This document shows positions 13,980-26,199 of a DNA stretch of 64,000 nt, one piece after another. Source of the DNA: the human T2T-CHM13v2.0 reference genome, Homo sapiens; assembly GCF_009914755.1 (NCBI RefSeq), contig NC_060925.1; one strand, 5' to 3'. The position numbers were made by a program, and so were the translations under genes. Under the pieces are notes generated by a model that worked only from the letters and a program-made list of their open reading frames with translations, ran no database searches and had not been told where the DNA came from. Positions within the stretch are counted from its first letter, which is position 1. The number at the start of each line of letters is the position of its first letter.

Positions 13980-14223
13980 GGCTGGGTGTGGTGGCTTATG
14001 CGTGTAAGTTTGGGACCAGCCTAGGTGACAAATTGAGACCCCGTCTCTAGAAAAACATTAAAAAATCAGCCAGGTGTGGTGGCATGCACCTGTGGTCCTA
14101 GCTACACAGGAAGTTGAGGCAGGAGGATCGCTTGAGCCCAAGAGTTTGAGGCTGCAATTGAGCCAAGATTGCACCACTGCCCTCCAGCCTGGGTAACAGA
14201 GCGAGACTCTGTCTCAAAAAATA
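13980..14223 (+). mobile_element. AluJ with ~47-bp deletion in the left arm
   Basis: gtgtaa is joined directly to gtttgggaccagcc. J-type right arm (ggaggatcgcttgagccc, gaggctgca). TSD aaag(t/g)aaattg. Confidence 0.9.
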
Positions 14224-14949
14224 AAGGAAATTGACTTTGACTGTGAAAAACAGCCATTTTCAACCTTTTTATAAAATCTCTTAAGGGAATATTGGAATAT
14301 TATTTTTGTCAGGCAAAAATAATCCAGAGCTTGAGCATTGCTGTAGAACATGTTATCTGTTCAACACTTAGCAGAGCACACATGCATTGTCATCAATATT
14401 TGAGAGCTGGACCAGTGGTTTTTGATGGATGCTGTAACAGAAGATCTATGAAGCAGATGGTGGTTTGCACCTGTTCCTGAAGCCAGAAACTGGAAAAAGT
14501 TGCAGGAATTTCAATTTTCCCAATCATTTTGCACAAATGCATTAATATTTTGAGTATTAATAGGTCTAAAGCTGTAGGAAGGCATCGTGGTATACTGTGA
14601 TATGCAGAGAATACTGCTCTTACACTGCTCTTTATCTTAAAATGTTTTGGTATAATGTGAATATTTTCCTCCAAGCATTTTGTGTATTTTGACAGTTATT
14701 AAAGGAGAATATAAAATTTTAGATTTTTGTCTAAGCTAAGAACAGTGGAAAGTTGCTTTGTTTTACCTTAGAGGAGTTTTCAGTTTATCCTCTTCTTGAG
14801 AAACTATGTGTTGCTGTTACTAAATAAACATCTCAGTAAATGTTTTATTTCCTCAAATGATGTGTCTGGATTATTTTAGCAATCAAAAACAATTGTAGAA
14901 TCTTTGGGATTGAGGTGTTTGAGAACCAGGATTCTGGGTGGAGGGCAGT

Positions 14950-15398
14950 TCCTGGATTGGCTAATTCAGCAGCTGAACAGTGTCATCAAAACCTGGGTGC
15001 CTTCTGCCTTTCATTACCATTCTGACCAAGTGAGTCTGATGTCTCCCCTTATGGCTCCAAAGTGACCACAAAGTTTCCAGGTGGTGGATGACAAGAGGCT
15101 GAAATATATCTTTTTTTTTTCCTTTTTTATAAGAGGCAGTTTTCACTTGCCCCCATTCACTTGCCCTCATGACCATAGCAATGTGTGTTATCTGTAAAAC
15201 AATTACTTTTCAAAGGGAATAAAGCTCCTACAATTGGCTCAGACCATAAGATATTCTCTTGAAATACAAATGACCTCCCCTTGATGAATGGCTGCTCAGA
15301 AAAAGGGGAACAATTTCCAGGTTCTGGATGAAGTTGGTGGGGTAAGAGTGTGTAGGGAGTTTGGAAGATAGCTGTTCAGTGGGCAACAGACTGTCACA
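14950..15398 (-). mobile_element. Old MaLR LTR (MLT1K/L-like)
   Basis: ggctaattcagcagctgaacagtgtcatcaaaacctgggtgcc and terminus gggcaacagactgtcaca resemble a reverse-strand MLT1. Confidence 0.6.
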
Positions 15399-15514
15399 TG
15401 TTGTCTTACAGACCCAAGTATTTCCTCTAATTTTCAGGCGGATCAAATTTCAGATCTAGAGAAGAGCATCCTTTTCTGTGGCAGGAACTAGTTTTGCTTT
15501 TAAAGTCTCTGCAA

Positions 15515-15816
<302 letters not shown>

Positions 15817-16361
15817 TTAATTTAGATGAGAATCATGTGTGCTAAAGAAAATTTAAAAATAAAAACTAAGTCTCTTCACATGTGTGAAGTTATCTAATAG
15901 TTTTCAGCTTTGTATATTTTAATTTTTATACAATTTTTTTGTCCCAATCTATAAAGGGTTTTAAAAGATTGTGCAGGTGATGATGGCTTCTGAGGAGACT
16001 TTAAAAGTTCCTTTAAATTTGTGATAAAAATGTATTTATTGGCAATCTTTGTCATTGTCATGTTTTTAATTAAATTTTTTAATTAAAAAATGTCCTAATT
16101 GAAACAAAAATAAGGACGAGTTAAAGGTATGTGACGTGAATGTTATTCTTAAGGACATATTTTAGTTTGATGACCATTTACTTTATTTTTGGATATTAAG
16201 TGTCTGTCTATTAAACTTTGGACACTAAGATGGTAATTCATGGATTTCAAAAGTTTCATAGAGATTTTAAAATTCAGCATTAAGAATATAAACCAGGCTG
16301 ATTAGTATTCAATGGGACATATGTCTCCAAAGAGTAGACAAAGATAATGTTGTGTATATAT

Positions 16362-17986
16362 GTTGTGGGCATTTGGGCTGGTTCCACATTTTTGCAATTG
16401 CGAATTGTGCTGCTATAAACATTCATGTGTGATATATTTTTCGTTTAAGGACTTCTTTTTCCTCTGGGGAGATACTCAGTAGTGGGATTTCTGGATCAAA
16501 TGGTAGATATACTTTTAGTTCTTCAAGGAACCTCCACACTGTTTTTCATAGTGGTTGTACTAGTTTACATTGCCTCCAGCAGGGTAAAAGTGTTCCCTTT
16601 TCACCACATCATGCCAACCTCTATTATTTTCTGATTTCTTGGTTATGTCTATTCTTGCAGGAGTAAGGTGGTATCACACTGTGGTTTTGATTTGCATTTC
16701 CCTGATCATTAGAGATGTTGAGCATTTTTTTCCTATGTTTGTTGGTTGTTTGTATCTTTTTTGAGAATTGTCTAGTCATGTCCTTAGCCCACTTTTTGAT
16801 GAGATTTTTTTTTTCTTGATATGAGTTCCTTGCAGATTCTGGATATTAGCCATTTGTCAGGTGAAGATTTTCTCCAATTCTGTGGTTTGTTTGTTTACTC
16901 TGCTGATTGTATCTATCGCTATGCAGAAGCTTTTTAGCTTAATTAAGTCCCACTTATTTATCTTTGTTTTAGTTGCATTTGCTTTTGGGTTCTTGGTCAC
17001 AAAATCTTTGTCTAATCCAATGTCTAAAGTTTTTATGGTTTCAGTTCTTAGATTTAAGACTTTGATACATCTTAAGTTGATTTTCATTTAAGGGGAAAGT
17101 TGAGGATTCAGTTTCATTTTTTTATATGTGGCTTGCCAGTTACCCTAGCACCATTTGTTGAATAGGGTCTTTTCCCCCCACTTTATGTTTTGGTTTGGTT
17201 TGTAAATGCTCAGTTCACTTTAAGCATTTGGATTTATTTCTGTTCTCTATTCTATTCCATTGGTCTATGTACCTATTTTTATACCAGTACCACACTGTTT
17301 CAGTGACTATGGCCTTACAGTATAATTTGAAGTTGGGTAATGTGATGCCTCCAGATTTGTTCCTTTTGCTTAGTCTTGCTTTGGCTGTGTGGGTTCCTTT
17401 TTGGTTTCATATGAGTTTTAGGTTTTTTTTTTTTTTTAGTTATGTGAAGAATGATGGTGGCATTTTGATGGGAATTGCATTGAATTTGTAGATTGCTTTT
17501 GGCAGTATGGTCATTTTCACAATATTGATTCTACCCATCCTTGAGTGTAAGATGTGTTTCCATTTGCTTGTATCATCTGTTTCTTTCAGTAGTGTTTTGT
17601 TGTTTTCCTGGTAGAGGTCTTTCACCTCCTTGGTTAGGCACTACCATAAAAAGGAATAAAATAATGGTGTTTGTAGCATCCTGGATAGAATTGGAGGCCA
17701 TTTTTCTAAGTGAAGTAACTCCAGAATGGAAAACTAAACATAATATATTTTCACTCATAAGTAGGGGCTAAGCTATAAGGATGGAAAGGCATAAGAATGA
17801 TACAATGGTTTTGAGGGACTTGAGGGAAAGCGTGGGATGGAGGTGAGGAATAAAAGACTATACACTGGGTACAGTATACACTGCTCAGGTGATGGGTGCA
17901 CCAAAATCTCAGAAATCACCGCTAAATAACTTATTCATGTAACCAAACACCACCTGTTTCTCAAAACCTATTGACATAAAAAAAAT
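16362..17986. mobile_element. 5'-inverted L1PB1-like element: minus-strand ORF2 3' part 16362-17638, plus-strand 3' end 17639-17986
   Basis: Minus-strand ORFs [11 protein letters not shown] and [24 protein letters not shown]. Plus-strand 3' UTR gctaagctataaggatggaaaggcataagaatgatacaatgg...caccaaaatctcagaaatcacc with A tail. Confidence 0.9.
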
Positions 17987-18042
17987 TCTACGAACACCAT
18001 TTAGTTGCTGTCAACAAGAAATTCACTTGTTTTTAAAAAAAT

Positions 18043-18143
18043 CCAGGTACACGTGTGGTAGCTCCCACCTGTAATCCCAGCACTTTGGGCAGCTCATGAA
18101 GAGGATGGCTTGAGCCCAGGAGTTTGAGACTGCAGTGAGCCAT
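18043..18143 (+). mobile_element. Monomeric AluJ-type fragment (left-arm 5' part joined to right-arm sequence), truncated at a microsatellite
   Basis: cctgtaatcccagcactttggg (left arm)...caggagtttgagactgcagtgagccat (right arm). Confidence 0.75.
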
Positions 18144-18246
18144 TATATATATATACACACACACATATATATATATACACATATATATACACACATACAT
18201 ATATACACATATATACACATATATATACACATATATATACACACAC

Positions 18247-18277
<31 letters not shown>
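18144..18277. repeat. Compound (TA)n/(CA)n microsatellite, 134 bp
   Basis: Directly visible. Strict pyrimidine-A alternation. Confidence 0.98.
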
Positions 18278-18810
18278 GGCTAACTGCAATTGCAAATGTA
18301 TACAGGCTAACTGCACATGTAGCTGGAATTAAATCTGTTGTATTGTGTGCCCTCCTTACCCAGCACTTTCATGCAGGTTATAACGAGCATCAAGCACAAC
18401 TTCGAATTTATATATAAAATTTCTAAACATATCTGATTGCCTGCAATGAACATGATCTATTCTATGTGCTTAAGATACAAAGATGACTAAAACAGGATCC
18501 CTGCAGCCTGAAAGGTTCGTATGAGAGAGACAAAATTTGAAATCTTTCTTTTCTTTCTTTCTATGTGTTTGGAGCTGATAAGCAATGAATGAAAAAGGAG
18601 ACAGAGAAAGGAAAAAAGGACTAACAAAGGGTAATTAATTGCATGCTTGTGGTTACATATTGTTTTCATAAGCAATAAATAAAAGACCCACAATCTTTTT
18701 CTCTTCAATCAATTTTGCCGTTAGGAAACTTGTTGGCAAAACTTGAGACATTGCCCAACCCATGGTTAAAGCAAGAGGAGATGAGTAAGGGATAACTTCC
18801 AAAACATACA

Positions 18811-18969
18811 TAGTTGATCCTTGAGCAACAAGGGTTTGAACTGTGCGGGCCCAGTTATTTGTGGAGTTTTTCAGCCAAATGCAGATCAAAAATACAGTAT
18901 TTACAGGATTCAACATCCATATATTTGGAGGGCCAGCCTTTCATGACTGTGTATACCAAGGGACAAGTA
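18811..18969. mobile_element. MER8 (Tigger MITE), internally deleted
   Basis: tagttgatccttgagcaacaagggtttgaactgtgcggg...aaaatacagtatttacaggat...ggagggcc...gtataccaagggacaag. Confidence 0.8.
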
Positions 18970-21900
18970 GAGTTGTACCTCACCTTGACTATCTTTCTTT
19001 GCACACTACCCGAGCTAAATAGTTGCAAGAGATGAATTGACACATGGTTTAAACCACTCCAGACTTAAGTTTCAAATGACTACTGCGGTGCCTTGGGCAA
19101 TAATTAATGAAGTTTGGAGATTTACAGAATAAATGGAAAAAAACCAGGTAGAAAAGTATGGTCATGATGTTTTGGATCAACATGTGAGACACTCTGTTTC
19201 TTAAACCGAAACCAGAAGAATGAATTAGTTAAATTATATAACTTAACTTAGGGGACTAATAACAAATTCTAGCTGTGATATTATTATTTTATACTCTGTA
19301 CCTATAGATTTTAACAATTTGTCTCATTATTTTACTTAGTTTAGATGAAATTTGGAAATCTGCTTTGCTGCAACTGAAGAATACAAAATTTAATTTATCA
19401 ATTTTTTTCTAAAAAGTTCATACAATACCAACTTACTCAATGAGTCCAAAAGGCAGATAAAATAATAACTACCTGCCTGTTTATATTTAGCCAAAATTTA
19501 GCTCTTTTAAATTTAGAAAATCTTTCACAAAAATTGGAAAATTTATTTTTTAATATTTTAAATTTCTGATTTTATTTCCTCAGTGTTTTTCTTAGTGTGT
19601 TTATTGCTGCCACATTAGAAAGAAAGGCTAGAACAGGGTATTTTTTAATGAGATAAAACATTTTATCCATGGAGACTTAAACCTTGAACACATAAACACT
19701 GAAAATTCATCATTGTTTAGTTTTGGGACAAACCATTCAATATGGCTTTAATTAGCTTTCAAAGTTTCCGATACAAAATAGAGTGGTAGCAGAAAGAAAT
19801 TGTTTAAAGGAAAAGTACAGACTGTGCTAAAATGCAAAGCCTAATCTTCAAAAAAATGCTATATTCTAAACACAACATAGTGTTGTCTTCATATGGCCTT
19901 TGTCTCATTTTGATTTAAAAATGTGTTTCTTTCATTTTCCATAGAATATAAACAGATTTAGAAATTTGGTTAACTTTGAAAGTTGTAGCCAACAATGCTT
20001 TTTCTGCAAGAGTTCAAATTTGTTATTTAAAGGAAAAGAGAGCTCATAAAAGTTTCTTTATCACTCATCAAAATCTTTGCTGTGGTGTTTACTCACAAGT
20101 TATTGTAAATAGGGTATAAGGATGTGAATCTCAAATGAAAAAACAGTGCTATCAAGAGGACTGTTGGTCATCTCCACATTGGATCTAAGGTGATGTCCAT
20201 CTCTAAATATCTATGTTGAAAAGGGCAAATAACATTGGGAGCTTTGATTAAGAAAAAAAATGAAACAGGTGCTTGAAGAGTAATTGAAATATGCTTTAGA
20301 AAATCATAGGTTTTGGTTTGTAGATTTGTATGAGACTATCTATCTGATTCTCTTGCATTGTTCCTAAGTTTATGAAGAGACAAACATGCCAAAAAACCCA
20401 GTTGGACTGGAGAACTTTGTGGCCATAAGGATATTAGGTAGCCAGGTGAATGGGACAGGTTAATACAGGAACACCCTTCAACAAAGATCTGTAGTAATTG
20501 AAAACTCAATTATTTAATTCACTTCTGAGAAATGTTTTTTGTGACTATTATGACTTAAGCTTGTCCTCAAGCTATATAACTGTCCTCTGAGACACAGAAA
20601 AACTGTATTCCCCTTCTTCCCCTATTCCCTATTAGTTTAGTTATGTATCTCAGCAGTCATACTGTCGTATTATAAATTACACATTTTAATATTTCAGTAA
20701 AAATTTGACACGTTGCACAATTTGAAAGCCTCTGCACTAGCACTATTCAGTACTGATTTTTAAAAGTCTGATAAATGTTACTATATATTGGTGAAATTAT
20801 ACTGCAGAGGGCTTACTCCCTTTCATATCAAGTTGTCTATGATCATGACTAAGAAAATTATTGTGTGAATTTTCTATACTGTTATATCTACTTCAAATCT
20901 AGGATAAAATCTTACTATGTCATTGGAAGAATATTTCATCTCATTTAAAACACAAGGGACAAAAGATACTGTATTACAACTGGGAAGCAGAAAGTTAAAG
21001 CTCCTTCAGTATCATCTGAATTAAAACAGAAAGATAGCTTCAATAATTTAGCATTTTTCGCTACTTTTAAAGCAAAATAAGGTCGTGATGCTAGAAAATT
21101 ATATTTGAAAATCTATTTACATAGCATATGCTAAGCATATATTTTGAGTTATATGAATTTACTTTATTTAGAATTCCTGTTTGGGAATTATTATTAGACT
21201 ATCAGAGTGTTCAGTTACTTTTGCCCCCCTTGCTAATTAATGAGTCCCATAAATATTGAACCCCATGAATTGTACTGATTACAGACTCTGTGCTCAGAAT
21301 TTGTACTCTTAATGAAGTGATGAGGATCATAAATTTTGGACCACAAATTGTCCAGGAAGACAAAGTTTAGAATATTTATCAACCAATCACATCTTTTAAT
21401 TTATTTTCTTGTTTTATGAAATGAAATGTGGTTTCTATATGGCTTTAAATGTGATAAATACAGAATGTTTGTTAGTTTGGCCTTCTTTGTTTTTGTAAGC
21501 ACTAATATTTTGAAAGATGAATAGTACTTGATGCTTCATTTACTTTGATTGTTTTTAATCTCAAGATACTTTGGAAAATTTATTATGCTATAAACCCTGA
21601 GTTAGCTACAGCTTTCCTATTCTGATCCAAATAAGCAACAATCATCAAAACTTCCATAATTCAGAAACACGGTGTCATGGTTATAACAACAAAACCATTT
21701 CTGATGAAACTAATTATTGATTATCCCTAGGGCTTCTGAGATCAACTATGCCTCAGTATAGCTAATTATGCCCTCAGCCCTGCAGTTTTTGCAATGGCAG
21801 GTTCAATTTACTTAGTAAAGTATTGCCTTGTAAGATTTGCACATGAGTCAATTAGACAGTCATTAATTAGGTGGCCATGGGAAATGTGGTGTTACCCAGT

Positions 21901-22718
21901 TGGGAAATGGTCTACTCCAATGACTAATGTATATTAATGCCAGCATTAATGACCTTTGAGTCCTTCCCCATGTATCTACGGGAAAACAAATTAAAGAACC
22001 ATTCAAGGAAACATAGATTTTGCTGAACTGCTATGTTTTCCAGGAGAAAGATTAAAATTGTTCATTAAGTGTACTAAAACCACAAGTTTTCAGAGTAACA
22101 TAAACAGATATCTTTAACTGAATAAAACTAAATGCTAGAAATGCCATAAGAAATTTTCATAGTGTTGTATTTTAAATATTTTTAGAGCAAGTTTTTTTTG
22201 CTAATAACCTTAAAATTATTAAAAACAGAATGATAGCATTTCCCAGTTTTAAACAAATTATATAAATAGTATTAAGGAGCTTACCGAAATAAAACATCTA
22301 ATTTCTTATGGGTTAATTGGAAAATTAGAGAATGTTTACTTTTCTTCTTGGAGCAAATAATAATTAAACTAACAGAATTATGCCATGTCCTTATTTATGA
22401 AACTTATCCCAAATTGCTAATATACTTTGTTGAGTAAATTGTAATCTCTATATTACCACTACTAATTTAAATTAGCGTGGAAGTAGCATTACCTCACTTT
22501 CAAGAAAAATCTATGTATTTAGTAAGCTTTATACAAAGATTTTTTTCAAGAAAAACCTCTGTATTAGTAAATCTATGTATTTAGTTTTGATTATGTAGTT
22601 TGGTTAAAAGAATCATATAAAAAAAGAGTTAGAAGAAAACACATCTAGATAAAAATTTGGCAGCCCGAAATACAGTAAAAATTGACTTAAAAAAATCCAC
22701 CCTGTGTGTCTCCCAATC

Positions 22719-23135
22719 TGTGTTAGTCCCTTCTTACATTGCTATAAAAAATACTGGAGACTGGGTAATTTATAAAGAAAAGACATTTAATTGGCTCACG
22801 GTTCTCCAGGCTGTACAGGAGGTGTAATGCTAGCATCTGTTTAACTTCTGGGGAGGCCTCAGGAAACTTACAATCATGGTGGAAGACAAAGCAGGAGCAG
22901 ACACATCACATGGCCAGAATGGAAGCAAAAGAATGAAGTGGGGAGGTGCTACACACTTTTAAACTACCAGCTCTCACGAGAATTCACTCACTATTGCAAG
23001 AACAGTCCCAAGGGGATGGTGCTAAACAGTTCATGAGAAATAACCCGCATGATCCAATCAACTTCCAGCAGGCCCCACCTTCTTCAACATTGGGGATTAC
23101 ATTTCAATGTGAAATTTGGGCAGGGACACACATCA
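22719..23135 (-). mobile_element. MaLR solo LTR (MSTB-like)
   Basis: tgtgttagtc...ctgggtaatttataaagaaaag...ggggatggtgctaaac...gggcagggacacacatca. Confidence 0.9.
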
Positions 23136-23700
23136 GGATCTTTATTCCTATTTCTTTGTGGGATGTAAAAGAAATAATTTTCATATATGTGATCCAGCAA
23201 TCTTATATAAATCTAATATGTGTTATACCCTCACATGGGTAAAAAAAAATTAGAAAATTTAGAGCACAATATATGATTGAGTCAGTATTAATGTCCCATG
23301 AAAATCATTTATGCTGAACGGACAGAGAATCGAGACACAATCTCCCTGCATAAAGCAAGGTCTACCTAATTGGTCTGAAAGATTGTTCCTAACATCATTC
23401 ATAATTTCTTTAAGATTTTATTTTTTCCTCATAGATTCCAAATCTATTCAGATTTATAGCAACCCTGATAAATTTTGCATCAATGTTTCCTGAAGTATGC
23501 TCTGCTGAATGCTAGTTCCAAGAATAAGTGATGGAAGAAAATGATGTATTCAAATAAGTTTGAGAAACATTTACTGTAAAATAATCAAACAAATTTATGT
23601 ACAGAAGGGCTTATTCAGGCCTATGCAGATGTGTATTGAGAATAATCAACAAGGACATATGTTGGATAGTCTGTCACAAAATGATTTGGTCTGTAACTTT
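23057..23700 (+). repeat. Donor copy of a ~640-bp local duplication
   Basis: Near-identical to 25156-25794 (about 10 differences by eye). Continuous with the MSTB LTR, so it is the ancestral copy. Confidence 0.97.
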
Positions 23701-23919
23701 TTGTATTTATCATGTACATTTCTTTATAAAAGTGTTCCAGGGAAGATATTTTGAAGACAAGATGAGGTTAATTTTGAAGGCCTATTTTAACTGAATGTAT
23801 GGAACTCAGCTCATGACATTAACCCATGTCCCTAGAATCTCTAAAAGTTTAAATTGTGGGTAATTTATAGAATGTTTGTTACATAGTAAATATTAAAAAC
23901 AAAGCATAATGTGAGTTTT

Positions 23920-24290
23920 GAAATGTAATAGTAAAATGAACTTTTGTGAATTCACCAGTCAGATTTAGAATGCAAATACTGCCAATATACTATATCTAAC
24001 AGTATGCTCCATCCTTATCGCATTCCCTGCTTAATCCTGGAGATGAATCTCCTGACTCTAATGCCACTTTTTCCTTTTCAAATTATTTTTTACTATACAT
24101 GCAAATAAATGATATATTATTTTCCTTTTTTTTTTTGCTTTACTAAAAATATATGTGGACATTTAAGACAAAATCCTTGATCATTATTTTTAAGACACAT
24201 AAATGTTTCTGTTGTGTATCTATAATTTATTCCTTTTCCTTGTTATATAGATTCCATTGTGAGAATAATTATTCTTATTTATCAGTCTTC
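23920..24290 (-). mobile_element. Ancient L1ME/L1MC 3'-end fragment
   Basis: Diverged match to old L1 3' UTR reverse strand (aaaatgaacttttgtgaattcaccagtcag...ttttactatacatgcaaataaatgatatattatttt). Confidence 0.45.
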
Positions 24291-24846
24291 ATATCTTCAA
24301 ATCTTGAGCTATCCACATCTCTTTTAAGAATATTGAAGGCAGGATTTTGTTTAATTATATTTCCTACTGTTTATAAATGGCTTTATTGAGAGTATAATAT
24401 CAGATGGAACAACAAATATATCCTTCCTGAAGGATCCTATAATTTTGTAGACAATAGTGTCATGCTGATAATTGGCATGATATAATGGAATTTCTCTCTT
24501 ACCTGCAGTACCATGATGGAAGAGTGATTTATTCTAATTTAAGAAAAAATAAATAACAACATGGCAGGTGAGCTCAATCTTAAAGAGAAGTTGCATTATA
24601 CCAGATGGAAAAGGATGAAGTAAAAAGACAATAGGAAGAAATGCGATTAGTTCTGTACAGCGGATAGCTAGACAAGTTGTGAAAGATAAATTGGAGTGGA
24701 GATAACTCAAAAAGGAAATTGTACTCATGAGAGAAAGCATATATAAAACAACATTGAAGCCTTTAAAGCACTATAGAAACTAATTTTTGTTGTGATTCTA
24801 ATATAAAATAATTTTACTAATCTTTAAATTTAAATTTATCTTAGTC

Positions 24847-25078
24847 CAGTGTTTCAGCCTTGGCACTATCAACAATTTGGGTCTGACTTTTTTTTTTTTT
24901 GCCGGGGGGTGGCATACAAAAACCTATCTTGTTGATTATATTGTTTTACAGAATGCTTTGCCTCTATCCACTGTATACCAGGAACACCCTTTTTCCTCAG
25001 TTGTGACAAGTAAATGTATCCACATCTTGCTAAATATATACCATTCTTGGAAAGACATAATTGCCTCAGTTGATAACT
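24847..25078 (-). mobile_element. MER20
   Basis: cagtgtttcagccttggcactatcaacaatttggg...cagttgtgacaagtaaatgtatcc...attgcctcagttgataac. Confidence 0.7.
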
Positions 25079-25155
25079 GAGAAATATTTGAACATAGCCT
25101 TGAAGGAAGGATAGAACTGACCAATTCATATATGTAAATAGAGGGATATTTATAT

Positions 25156-25794
25156 ATCAACTTCCAGCAGGCCCCACCTTCTTCAACATTGGGGATTACA
25201 TTTCAATGTGAGATTTGGGCAGGGACACACATCAGGATCTTTATTCCTATTTCTTTGTGGGATGTAAAAGAAATAATTTTCATATACGTGATCCAGCAAT
25301 CTTATATAAATCTAATATAATACCCTCACATGGGTAAAAAAAATCAGAAAATTTAGAGCACAATATATGATTGAGTCAGTATTAATGTCCCATGAAAATC
25401 ATTTATGCTGAACGGACAGAGAATCGAGACACAATCTCCCTGCATAAAGCAAGGTCTACCTAATTGGTCTGAAAGATTGTTCCTAACATCATTCATAATT
25501 TCTTTAAGATTTTATTTTTTCCTCATAGATTCCAAATCTATCAGATTTATAGCAACCCTGATAAATTTTGCATCAATGTTTCCTGAAGTATGCTCTACTG
25601 AATGCTAGTTCCAAGAATAAGTGTTGGAAGAAAATGATGTATTCAAATAAGTTTGAGAAACATTTACTGTAAAATAATCAAACAAATTTATGTACAGAAG
25701 GGCTTATTCAGGCCTATGCAGATGTGTATTGAGAATAATCAACAAGGAGATATGTTGGATAGTCTATCACAAAATGATTTGGCCCTGTAACTTT
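25156..25794 (+). repeat. Derived copy of the ~640-bp duplication, including the last 79 bp of the MSTB LTR
   Basis: Matches 23057-23700. Starts mid-LTR and interrupts L2 sequence. Confidence 0.97.
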
Positions 25795-26199
25795 GGCAGA
25801 GCCAAAGCCAAAGCCAGCACAATCTACAGCTAAAATGTACCTGACATATACTTGAGTCATTCAGGCCTCTGAGACAGCAAGGGTGTGAAGAGGATAGTAG
25901 TCGAGACCACTGATGTCATGAGCGAAAACCACATAGGGCGTTCAGGTCATTGCAATGACTTTGGCTTTTACTCTGTAAGCAAGGAAATGCATTTGGAAGT
26001 TTTGAACAGAGCAATGTGATGAGCTGACATATTTTAGTAGAAATTTAGTGATTGCTGTATCGAGAATACTATGGGATAGAAAAGAGTAACAACATAGACA
26101 TAAAAACGTGGTAGTCTAGGTGAGAGCTGTTCATGAATCAAGCCTAGGTAGTAGCAGGGGAATAAATAAGGGATAGTTAAATTCTGAATAGATTTTTAT

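Larger units (their letters stand above)
24380..26195 (-). mobile_element. L2 fragments, interrupted by MER20 and by the duplicated segment
   Basis: L2 motifs tttattgagag, atttgaacatagccttgaagga, ggtcattgcaatgactttggcttttactctg, ttggaagttttgaacagagcaatgtgatgagctgac. Confidence 0.65.

Noticed and set aside
18033-18332. ORFs rich in Y/I/C/V/H/T
   Set aside because: Translations of the TA/CA microsatellite.
23311-25608. Two ORFs with identical N-termini (MLNGQRIETQSPCIKQ...), suggesting a duplicated small gene
   Set aside because: By-product of the 640-bp duplication. The copies differ by a frameshift, and there is no recognisable domain or splice/promoter context.
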